A DNA stretch of 24,338 nt from Geosiphon pyriformis uo1 (taxonomy: Eukaryota > Fungi > Glomeromycota), in NCBI GenBank assembly GCA_016748015.1, contig JAAOMT010000325.1:1-24338 (forward strand), in the 5' to 3' direction. Positions 10,957 to 22,861 of this stretch are shown here, in pieces (position 1 is the stretch's first letter; each line of letters begins with the position of its first letter). The notes below the pieces were generated by a model. It made no database searches. It was given only the letters and a program-made list of their open reading frames with translations, and was not told the DNA's origin. A program made the translations under genes and the position numbers.

Positions 10957-11700
10957 ATGCCGGCATCAAATTTTAACGATTTCTTTGACAAAACAAATAT
11001 TTCTGAATGGTCATGTGAAAACGTTGTTAAGTGCTACCGGGAGCATGTTTCGCAACATGAAAATCTCAAAAAAATTCTTTATGATATAAATGTTGAGCTC
11101 AAACGGATTACACAAAATGACTGATGACTCACGTGGAGAAATGGCGCAGCATATAATTGATAACTGGAAGGTATGCTTGTGAACTTGTAATACTGGATAA
11201 AGTCTCGTTTTTATGAGACTAGAGGAGGCAATCGAGACATGACCAAGCTGGGACACGCAAAGTCGACAGGTCATGAACGCAAAGTTCGACACCTCCTCTC
11301 AACCAAAGGGAATCCAAACCGGGCCTTATTAATTTTTGAGAGCTATACTAATTTCATCTTTTTGCTAGGACTGGACTAGTAGTATAAAAAATCAAGCCAG
11401 AACGACAAAGATTATTCAAAAATCCATTATTGAACGTAATGCCCTTGTGGTATGCTATCTTTAGCCTTGTTCTTATGATGAAGACATACAGAATTATAGA
11501 ATTTATTTCTTTGCTCTTATCTAACGGGGAAACACTAAGCTGAGGAAGCCTCTCCAATCATTCCTTCTCCTAATCGTCGAGATCATACCTAACATGAACA
11601 GGACAAGCCACGGACACCGGAAAATAAGGAAAGAGAACCTTCAAGCGGGATGGTACTCTGGAAAAAAAAGAAGGTTCGCTATACTGAATCTTCATGCTTA
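10957..11700 (+). pseudogene. Spliced N-terminal relic of a Glomeromycotina Crinkler-like multigene family protein
   Basis: Exon 1 10957-11170 reads MPASNFNDFFDKTNISEWSCENVVKCYREH...LKRIT(frameshift)DDSRGEMAQHIIDNWK|GTATGC. Branch site TACTAAT at 11346, acceptor at 11368. Exon 2 11369-11449 reads DWTSSIKNQARTTKIIQKSIIERNALV|GTATGC. A linker-like PIIPSPNRR*..PRTPENKE..KKKKVRY follows. The family assignment is from recalled similarity and is unverified. Confidence 0.55.
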
Positions 11701-13730
11701 TGCTTCTATTTTTCTTGGTTCATCATGTATTGGTGTTAGTGTTCGTTTATTAATTATAATTTTCCTTTCTTCTTGATATATTTCATAAGTGATTTTTTCT
11801 TTATCTAGATATTTCTCAAAAATTTTGGTATTTTAAAAACTTATGGAACAATTTTTTCTCCTTGAGCTTTCATTAGAATGCATCTAATTGTGCTGTAATT
11901 TTTGGGTTCTATAGTGGATTTGGTGTAAATTAGTTTCATATTATATTTTTATATATATATAGATAGGCCTATATTTGAGTAAAAACGTTTATATTATTAA
12001 TATTAATATGTATTAAAAAATTAGTCCATAAATTCAGACATGAGCCACAGTGTGCCACTTAATACTAAATCAAAGCTAAAAAAAAACAGTCACCCTAGCC
12101 AATTTTTCACCACACTAGCTCACATAACAAAATGTTCACTTTAGTTACACTGACAACAAGAGAGATATATATAAATACAGTTTGGGGATCAAAATAGGTT
12201 ATTATTTGTCCGAACTAATTTCCGTATTCCGAGGAATTTACATTTGAATTTAAGCCATATATAATAAATTTAATAAAACCTATCTATGGAGAAAAACCCT
12301 GAATCCACAAGGGACAAATTTTTAATCAATTAATAGAAAATTTTTTATCTTGAAATAGGATGAATCTCTAGTTAAAAAAAAAGAAAAAACTAACCTCTTA
12401 GTTTGTTCAATATTTAAAGTATTTGGAATATTTTTTGTCATAATTTAACCCAATGAACTTGAAAAATTTAAGTTAAACCTCTTTAATTTGGCATTAACTA
12501 TAATCTAATATTTTTCTAATCAAAACCTGGAGCAGGTTCAAGAACTAAATGAAAATTTTCATTCTTAAAATCTTATGGTAAAAATGATCTAAATAAATAA
12601 GTTTAAAATTCGGTATATGTTTTTCCAAAAATTAAAACTATCTTCATTTATTTTGCGATGAGACTTAAATAATTAATAGTCAGAATTGCGTAAACAATAG
12701 TATTCTTCTTTATTTATATTTACGTCAATTCAGTTGAAATTCCAAGTTGTAGATAGGATTATTTTAAAATATGTTTAAGAATTGTTTTTAACCGATGAAC
12801 ATCACTGAGTAAACTTTTCAATAAGTTTAAGCAAAATTCTTTGTAGGCATGGTTATGAATATTATCAGTTCGATTCAGCACACCTGATTTTCAATGCTGA
12901 TCATTTTCAATTTTCTAAAGTTAATCCGGAAATCGGCGAACATTTATATTTTTGTATTTCTATGCTTTGGAAACAATATATCGTTACTTAAATTCCGAAT
13001 TAGATTTGTTGTCACTCGAAATTAATAACTATTCCGATCAAATTTAGAAAACATTTTTTGTACTTTTGTTTCTTGTAAATGCCTCTTTTTTATGACAAAA
13101 TATTAATAATTTCTAGAAAATATCAAAAATTTGGCGGTTTGAAGTTCCGCGTAAACTAAAAATATATATTTATAAAATATTTGCATGAATATAATTCTTT
13201 TTATTGTTCGCAATAAAACGTCTTAAGATATCAAACACGTAGTCATGAGAATATTTTGTTTCACCGGACCTTTTGATTTGTTTCAATTTGTCTTTTATAC
13301 TTTTGCCTTTTTTCTCATTAGCTTGATTGACTTATTGGTGAAACAAACAAAAAAAAGATTCCAAATTACTAAAAACTTCATCACTGATAAAATGATCCGC
13401 CATCATGGACCTAAAGGAGTATGATAACAAATAAAGTAGTTCTAAATAGAATATGATTTTTGAATCAAAAGCCGAAAAAAAAAACATTTATAACGCTTAG
13501 CCTTCAGTCTCCGTAAACAAGCTTATTATTTCAATTTATTTTTAACAAACGCACAAATAATAGGAAAAGTTTACTGACAGGTTTGAAGAGTGTCTAGATT
13601 TTTAGACTTAGTTACCGTGTTTCGTCCTTTTTTTATCAAATAAATAAATTCTAAAAAGACAAAGTAAAGAGCCAGCGACTGCTTATTTCGCATCAATTGC
13701 TGTATCAGATATTTTGAAAATATAGTTTTA

Positions 13731-15747
13731 ATGGAATCGAGAACTTCAGAGGAAGGTAGTACTCAGCGAGCACCAACACGTAAGGAATCTTTTGCGTATT
13801 ATTCCGACCATCATTCGCGAACATCATCAACTACCAACTTAAATGACATACAAGCAACAACCTCTGGTGGAAGTGATTATACAATGCACATTGATGGTGC
13901 ATTGAACTCTGAATTATTACATGCACATTTATTATTGCTGATAAAGTTGCATAGTATCGAACAGCGACATATTCAAGTTGACTTGCGTTATTTGCTGAGA
14001 GCCCAAGAAAGATATTTATTATGGTTGAATTTGTTGAAGCAGATAAAATTTCATTCACCTCCAGTTCCTCCAATTGGTATGTTGCCCAAATGTACTTTTT
14101 AGAGATAGGCTTTGAAATTTTATGAAAATATTAGAGAGCTGCACTAAAATTGTACTCATATTTCTTGAACCAAAGATGTTTGGTGTTTTTGGCATGCACA
14201 TTGCCTCTCTCCACAAAATTATTATGAAGATTTATTACGTCTTCATGGTCCGGAGTCATTTGAATACAATGTACCGTTGGAAAAGCTGGTGAAAATTAGA
14301 TTTTCGAATTTATTTTGTTGTCTTTATATCTTCCTTGAACCACATATTTGCTCACTTTTGAAACTATGATAAAGAACGAAATGTGGGCGATAAGTCCAGA
14401 ACATAATGACGAACGAGCCCAGAGAATATGGGAACAATGTACAGCTCAGCCGTGGACACTCGATCCTTTTGATAATTCAGATTTCGAATTAATGTGCCCA
14501 TGGTGTGATATTCCATTCAATCTGGCAGCGTGCGTTATATCATTTTCCTTCGTTTCACTTACCATCCATTCAATAATTATATTAAGTTTATCTTTTGCTA
14601 ATTCAATTTGATCTTTGCTTCCCAAATTTGGCCGCTATTTCTGTTGCAATGCATGCAGTTCATCTTATGTCAAATTAATGAGATCATCGGGATATACGGA
14701 AACGTGTCCACATTGTTGGGCAGGTTTGTCAACGGAGACTTTAAGCGTTAAACGATTTTTGGATGATATCAACTCTTGGATCACGGGTGCGAAAATATAT
14801 CAAGGGTGAGAAGCTTTCTTTACCATTGGCGCACGTGAAGATTAATACCCCAACTAAATTATGATTTCTTACATATTTAATTTATCAATCACAGTATAAA
14901 TCGATATATTGGTGGAACCCTTGTTGATCCATTCACTGGAGCCTATTCAGAAAAAGCAGCCGAAGCAGATTATGAATATTTATTTGACACATCTAGTGTT
15001 CTGATTCGTAATCTTGTCGGCTACCAACGTTTCGACAGTTCACAATGTACTTGGCCATTGATGCGAGATATATTAAGACAACGAATTCTAGAGTTGAAAA
15101 CAAATTATCGTAAAGTAAAATTGAATGAAGATTTAATCGAAAGAATGATTAATGCTTATGCCGGCATTCCAGCACCGTTTTCTTTGGATCTCGTGAACGC
15201 AGTAATAAGACAACGGCAATTCACACACAAAATTGTCAATGCGCCGTGGATAAACGTAACAGATGTACAAGCCCAAGCAATTATCCGATTCCACAAATAT
15301 TTGCTCCTAATGAAAGATTCGCCACCGGACACTGTTCTTGTACCGACACTTGATATCGATTTGGCATGGCGAACGCTCATGTTGCTACCACGGGCCTATC
15401 GTAAATTTACAAAAAAACATTTAAATCGTATTCCCAATCAGGATTATTCACTTCCTCGTGCTGTGCTTGTAAAAAACTTCCCGATCACAGGTAGAGCTTG
15501 GTATAAGAAATTCGATGAACCCTATACTCACGAAGAATTACAAAAATATTGGTTGACCACATCGAAAAAGACTATGGCTGTGATATTTCCACCATATTCT
15601 GTTTGGGTTCTTTGGAAGATGAAACAATATCGCAAAGGAATGTGCGATTGCCAGACGCAACGTATTCGGCAATTGCAAGCTGATCGGTCGGCGAAATCTA
15701 TTTCCGGGTCGACATTGGTTTCTGATACCCTGGAAAAATCTAGGTAG
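13731..15747 (+). CDS. GRDP-like / DUF1399 (PF07173) family protein, 537 aa; exons 13731-14076, 14176-14288, 14375-14529, 14659-14805, 14895-15747
   Basis: All introns are GT-AG and the spliced frame is open (1614 nt). Family motifs: RAQERYLLWL..PPVPPIDVWCFWHAHCLSPQNYYED, CPWC/CPHC, FSLDLVNAVIRQRQF, RFHKYLLLM, LVPTLDIDLAW. All four intron positions are shared with the paralog at 18124-20222. Confidence 0.9.
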
Positions 15748-18123
15748 GTCTTATTTCAATATAGTGATTGAACCTTGTGCAATTATTTCTATAAGCTCAC
15801 TCCATAAATTTATTTGATACTCTCATTCAAGGGAGCATAGAGATGGTAAGTAAAGAATCATGTAATTTCAAGCTTATTGATTGTATTTTTACTCTTCGCT
15901 TGTTAACCTTTTTTAAATTTAAATTTTGGAAATTAAAGGATGTGCCTTATTACCGAATGGCAGGGCGATTTACAACTTCAGCAGTGGCTTATAAGGAATA
16001 TTTTTATTCGGCATTTTCAAAACATAAACAATTTTTCTAAAATGCGTAATCTTTCAGGTTTAAGGAATTCAATAATTAAATAAATATATTTTATCAATCA
16101 GGATTTTATGTACAATTTGAGCTTTTAATGTCTTCCACCAATAATTTCATAGACGCCATGGTGAGCTGTAGAGAATTTGACAGCTAAAACTCAACCATCA
16201 GGCTCAATTGTTATATGGATGTCTTTTAATTTTATTTCTAATTTTCTTTGAACTCTGAAATGGTACTTCAAATGTATTTTTTCAGACACGTTATCCTTTT
16301 CATTAATATTTATGGGGTGTAATTTTGATTGAATATTTTGAGTAATGTAACTTTATAGGTATTTTATAATAACTATTTTCATTTTCAGACTAACTTATCC
16401 TTCTTGGAAAATGTAAATCTGAATATAAAATAATAAATTTGTATATTTTTTCCCGGCTTAAATTCATATCTGAAAGAGGTCAAAATAAAAATTATTTATA
16501 TATTATTGAGTATTTCTTTTTACATAAAAAATTCTACAATATATTTTAAATTAAGTATAAGTTTTAAATTAATATGAGTCAAAACATGCATTGTAAAAAA
16601 AAATATCATCCTAAATTCTCTACTCTTCATAAGAAAAGTTTTCAAAAAATTGTGATCCTGTATTTTAGAACTAACAATATCTTTTAGTTTTGATTCGAAT
16701 TACTCTAAAATTTAACGCTCGATACTATTTCAAGTAAATTCAAAAAGTAGACAAATTTTGGTTTAAAATATGAATTCAAATTAAGAAATAAAACTTTTGT
16801 AATGTTCAAATAAACCTCTTGGTTGCAATGAAGATTGAAAATGTTAAAGTAAAAGTTTAGGAAAGTTAAATATGCTATATGGCAACTTTGAAATAGAAAA
16901 TGAATTTTCATTCGAGAAAATTCAAAATACTTTTGAAACTAGGCTGTGAAACAAAAGTTTTGACTTATCGAATAGGTTTCTCGGTGTCGAAGAAATCTTA
17001 TTCGTTTGATATTGATATTTTAGTTTTTTAATATTGTTCAAATGAGATTATTTCAGAGGATAATTTGAGATTATTAGTTATTTGCATTAGAATTCTAAAA
17101 ACTATATATATATTACCAACGATTATATCAATGAAAAACCTAAGGTTCTTTCCTATGTCATATTGTGGAACGATCGAGATTTAAAATGAAAATTATTTAA
17201 TGAGACTCATAAAGGTGAAAACTATCTAGGAAAAGGTTTGGTGAAAGTTGAGAGAATATGCATGTTATATTATATATTAGGAACGGCATATCAAATAATA
17301 AAAATGAAGAAATTTAGTTGAACTATTAAAGCTTTTTAAGCGCTAAATTACAGAAATGTATTTAAGCTCATAGTTAATGAAAAAAATTTTTTTTTTAACA
17401 CATAAAATATTTAAAATAATCCATGTATATATTAATAATTATTATTTCGAATTCCAAAAGTATCAATCTAAAATTGGTGATCAAATATCCGTTAATTTTG
17501 ATTGCGACCACAAATTTTAATTATACTTAATTTTAGGAAAATTTTTTTGTAAAGAAATCTTCATTTAAAATTTTACTTTTCAAATAAAAGTTTCACACAT
17601 TTTTTTAGATTTAAATGAAGAATGTATCTTTAAACCGTTTGTATAATCTCTCTGATTTTCAAATGTCATAAAAAATAGAACAATGATAATCTGATAATTT
17701 TATATTGACTTAATTTATTACTGAATTATTAAATTAAAATTAAGGTTTGAGTCTAGAGAAAATCCCATTAATGATTCGCTCATATATAAACAAGCTACTT
17801 AAAAAATCTGTTAATTCTACAATTTTATTAACCTCGTTACCTTGAAATCTCTAAAGATTTTAATTTGTATACTTTAGATTTAAATTCTTTGATTTAAAAA
17901 TAGACACAAATTTGAAATTAATATCTTTATACATGAGGTTATGAAAACATGATTATGATTCAAAGACGATTAAAAAGTCATAAGTAATCATTTATACAAA
18001 ATTTTAAAGATACGTTATACCTCACGTAATTATACAGCATAATCCGAATATTTTCTATGCATTAAAATTTCAATTTGAGTTAAACTCTCAATATGTTATT
18101 AAATCTCGAAGCAAAATAACTTT

Positions 18124-20222
18124 TTACCTTCTCTCATTAATTGACCATGATCTAGATCGTTTCTTGTTAAGTTCTTTGCTTGATTTAACGTTAAGATTGC
18201 TCGGATTTGTTGTTAGATCAGTTATCAAGATTTCAATCTCCTTCATTTCTGGTTTGCTTTTGCCTAATTTAAGAGAATTAAATATTGTGGTTGAAGCTAG
18301 TGCCAACCGTGACGGCTTTTTCTTCAAGGTTGTATTACTCGGGACTAATAAATTCCCTCCTTCTGATTTAGGGGCATGTTCAATTTTCTTTTGATTGCTA
18401 CCAATTGCTTGACTATTTAAAAGTTGAGGGCTCGAGTTCTTTTTCTTTACATCTTGCCCTGTGGAAATTTTTTGATTGTAAGTTTGCTGCAAATCATTAG
18501 TCAATTCCTGATAATTGGATGGCATTAGCATATGCGTCGATAAAACGAGTTTCATTTCAGTGCTAATAAATTTTTCTCCTATTAAATTATCTTTAAGGCT
18601 CCTAAACCACGCTTGGTATTCTTGAATTCCTTTACTGTGTAGAAATTCTGTATTTTTATAGACACTAGATTTAATGTCCCACAGTATTTTCCTTGAAATC
18701 TCTCGCTGCTTTTTCACAGCTTCAATGAGGTCTATGGAGAATCCAAATGGAATATCAATATAAGCGAGTAACATTCGTTTCAAAAAACCTTTTCTCAAAG
18801 ATTTCAAACGAGATTTAACATTTAATTCTTCTATTCGAAGGTTTAAGTGCTGAACTATTAGAGGCCAGTCACAGGTACTTGAAGACTGACGCAATGAGGT
18901 CACAAGTTTGCTAATATGAGTCGATGAGGTGATAAAAAGAATATCGATATCCTTTTCAGCTGCTTTGGGAGAATATGAGCCGGTGTTGGGGTCTACTAAA
19001 GTTCCACTAATGGGCGGCAATAAATGTAAATTTTCAGAGGTTTCAGCTTATTAAATAATTTATTGAAAAAAAATTTACTTACCAAAGAAATGGAGTTCCA
19101 CTTTTTAACCAATTGTTTGGGAACGAATATTTGAAAAACTTTAGGTCACTTTTAAAGAAAATTTTCAAATGTAATTTTTTTCACTCACCCATGAAAAGTT
19201 TCAGTGCTTGCTCTCCATGCTGCAACGTCATCCAAAAATCGTTTTGCACTCAAAGTTTCAATCGATAATTTTTCATTGCAATAGGAACAGATTTCAACAT
19301 ATTTCAATTCTTGCATTAAACGAACGTAATTATCTCTGGAAAATTAGCCTTTATTAATTTCTCCCATTAATCAAAAGGGGTAAAAATAGTTAAGTTTAGA
19401 TTTAAACTCACGCTGGAATCGATAAAAGTTTGGAGCACCAAGGACAATCCATTTCAAAATCCGAGTCATCAAATGGATCCAAGTACCAAGGCTTTTGAGT
19501 ATATCGTTCCCATGCTTGTTTAGATTGTTCATCAATATGATCTTGATTTTGAGAAACTTCCATCTTTGATATGGCGTAAATGGTTAAGCTATATTTCTAT
19601 ATTTTAAAAATAGATTGCGAATGCGCTTACCAATTGTTCCAATGGGAAATTAAACTCAAAAGCTGAGCGTCCATAAAGTCTGTGTATATCATCGTAATAA
19701 GCATTTGGCGTTAAGCAATGGGCATACCAAAATAGACAAACATCTTGAAAAAGAAATATAGTCAAATACGAATTAGAAACAATAACAATTGGAAATTTTT
19801 AAGACCACATTTTTATGATTACCAATTGGTGGCAAAGGAGGTTTTTTGGGAAATTTTCCCTTATTCAATAATGCAAGCCATGCTATATACCGCTCTTGTG
19901 CTCTTAGTAAATATCGAAAATCAATTTCTTTACAATCCAGCTTTAAATCACTTAATCTTTCTAATAAATGAAAATGAGCATCAAGCCTTTTCGGCGTGAC
20001 GATTGCTTTAATGTTGGTTAAAGAATCCTGAGGCTTGTTGTGGTATTTTATGTTGAATGGAACTTGAAGATGATGAGAGCTTTTAATTAAAGTTTTGGCA
20101 TTTTTTTCAATAATATCATCCCAATTAATGACAGATGATTCAACAGCTATTAAATCATTGATTATAGTTGATGTTGACGCGCCAGCATTTGAAACCTGAG
20201 AGCCGCTACTCGATGATGCCAT
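18124..20222 (-). CDS. GRDP-like / DUF1399 family paralog, 570 aa; exons 20222-19823, 19743-19631, 19563-19412, 19335-19189, 19100-19083, 19006-18124
   Basis: GT-AG introns and an open spliced frame (1713 nt). Motifs: YLLRAQERYIAWL..PPLPPIDVCLFWYAHCLTPNAYYDD, PWYLDPFDDSDFEMDCPWC, CSYC, LSIETLSAKRFLDD, GTLVDP, FSIDLIEAVKKQR. Exons 2 and 4 are the same length as in the paralog (113 and 147 nt). Confidence 0.88.
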
Positions 20223-22861
20223 CGTAAAATTTGTAAGTTCATTTGTTTTCTTCTGTTTTCTAGAAAAATTCTTTCAGGATATTTATTTGTATTTATTTAT
20301 GGTATAATTATTATTTCTGATTAACAATTTTTAGGTTTTCAAAGATAAGACTTTTAAGGTAAGAGGTGCGAAAACTTCGGCTATTTTTTCGATTATTGGT
20401 AACATTAATTTGATATAAGGTTATCAGTTAGCAGATTATTTATAATAAAAATTTAATTTAAGTCTATCTTTTTCGCACATTTTTCGGTCATGCTTGTCTT
20501 TTTTAAACACGGTTGCAAATCATTACCTATAAAAGGATTACGATTTCCCGGAAAGGAATACTAATCTCTCAGCAGAATTTTAACCCAAAATGTATGCCTA
20601 ATGCAAAGGATTCTTTTTCAATCAATTAAAATAAGCAAACTTCAGATTATAAAATTTTTTTTATTTTGACATTAAAACACATCTTTATTAAATTCTTGCC
20701 TTTTCAACTGAAAAAAAATTATCCATAAATCAACAAGATATTCAATTTAGACAAACCAGTGTTAAAAAATTGAAATTCATTAATGTTACCTACTTCTCTT
20801 ACAAATTAAGAAACACATGATTTGATATACAAATTCTGTTGTCTAATTATTCACCAATAAAATAGCTAACATAAATTAAACAAAATAGGAACGTTTAATT
20901 ATCATAACTAATGAAAAATCTAATATTCTTTAAAGAACAAAATACATATTATCTGGATAGGGAAACGCCGATATAAAATATTAGCATAATGTTATCTCAG
21001 AAAATCCGTGCTACGATATGCTAAAAGATTAGCTATACGAAATTTTAGGAGAAATTTGCTTGAATGATTTTGTGCTCATAGTCTTCGTACACATCCACAA
21101 AAACCTTTAATTCCTCCTGAAAACTTGGGCATTTGGAATCATATGAAATCTTTTTTGCTATTTTCGAATCCAATAATATAAAAGGTTTTTTTTGACAATA
21201 TTGGGGAAAATTTTAAATCTAGGTGTGAATTAGAATTGTAGATTTGAAGGAATAAATTTGTACTTGCAAGTTTTATTTAAATTTGCCAAGTAAATTTGGT
21301 TAATTTGATATTGAGATATGTAATAGTCAATTGTGCATTCTTGGTTACATTCCATAAAAGATTTTCCGTGAATTTAAAAATCTTGAACGAAATCTGAAAA
21401 TTTAAAAATGGACTCAAAACTCTATTTTATTCTGAAAATAAAAAATTTTATAACCGAATCAAGTAAATTTTTTTGAAATGAAAAGAGATTGGAGGCTTTT
21501 GGGTTACACCACGACAGCCTTTCAAATTCTCTCATATGTGTCAGAGTAAGAGTTTATAAATAATTTACAAATGTATTTTTATCAATCTTTTCTCAGATAA
21601 AAGATTTTTTAGATAATGTGAGGCAGATAGAATATGAATTTTTATGGTTTACATTAGGTCAAATTTTTAAGATCAAATATATATTAGTTTTTAATTTCTA
21701 AAGATAAGGAAGATTGATTAATTTGAAGAATACTTTTTTTTAATTACAAAAAATTAGTTAAAATTTTTTGGTTTCAAATGAATTTAGTTCAACGTTTTAT
21801 TTTATTTTAAATTTTTTCTATCAAAATAACTGATCTTTTTATAAAAAAGATTTTCTGGAAAAAGTGATTGCAAACTAATTTCACAATATACATTGCAAAG
21901 TTTAAATGATAGTTATAAAAAGGTGTTAAAAGATATAATGAAATTTAATATTTTATGATAAAAAGTTTAAACTCCATCTGGAAATATCACATATAACAAA
22001 TCAAAATCATAATAATAGTTCTTATTTTTGAATATATAAATATTGTAATTTGTCATAGAAATTATTTCCAATCTGTTATTTTTTTCATTGCTTTGGTAAT
22101 TGTTTTGTATAGAATATCTAAACTAATAAAAAATTTAAGCGATATTGTATTTTTAGAAAATAACTTTATATATTATTTTATCTGCTTTTTTACTTGTTAT
22201 CAATTGTCATTTTACACAATTTTTATTATTTATTAAGATTTTAATAAAATAAATAACAAATATGTTAATTGCATAAATTTAAAAAGTAAATATTGGAAAA
22301 ACTTAAAAAATTAAACATATTATATTTCAAAGAGCATACTTTGAATTAATTTACAATTATTACTCAAATTAAATTATCATTATTTTTTATTTTAATTTAT
22401 GTATTTAATTTTTTTTAATAAATTAATTAGTCAAAACACAAAATATTATTTTTGATGTTCGAATAGTTGCAATTTGTTTCATACTTAATTATATATATTA
22501 TAATAATTATGTGTTATAATTGATAATTTAACATTTTGAATCAAAAATTGGATTTATAATAAATTAATTGTGAACATACATTAATAATAAAAATAGTTTC
22601 TTCGATTTGCGTTCTTTTTATACGTGAAATTGCTCATTATACAAATATAACTCAAAGATTTCACTAAATCTTTATTAAAATGCAATTTTTTATTTTCGAG
22701 TGAATTATCAAATTTTCAGTGAACTAAAAAGAATCAAATGCATAGTCATCAAAATTTATTTGGTACTATTAATAATTTAAACAAATATATTTTTGTTAAT
22801 TTTAATAAGCTATCAATATGATTTTCTTAAAATAAAAGGTGCTTTCAAGTAAAGAATTTTT

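Noticed and set aside
11011-11776. ORFs 11011-11292 (-), 11354-11557 (-), 11594-11776 (+)
   Set aside because: Antisense or off-frame to the spliced plus-strand pseudogene; no motifs.
12030-12165. CpG-free, CA-rich patch possibly the 3' tip of another LINE
   Set aside because: Similarity is too weak to support by eye.
13831-19999. Short ORFs 13831-14073, 15156-15380, 15843-16040, 16705-16911, 18164-18394, 19745-19999
   Set aside because: Antisense to real exons or low-complexity AT-rich chance ORFs.
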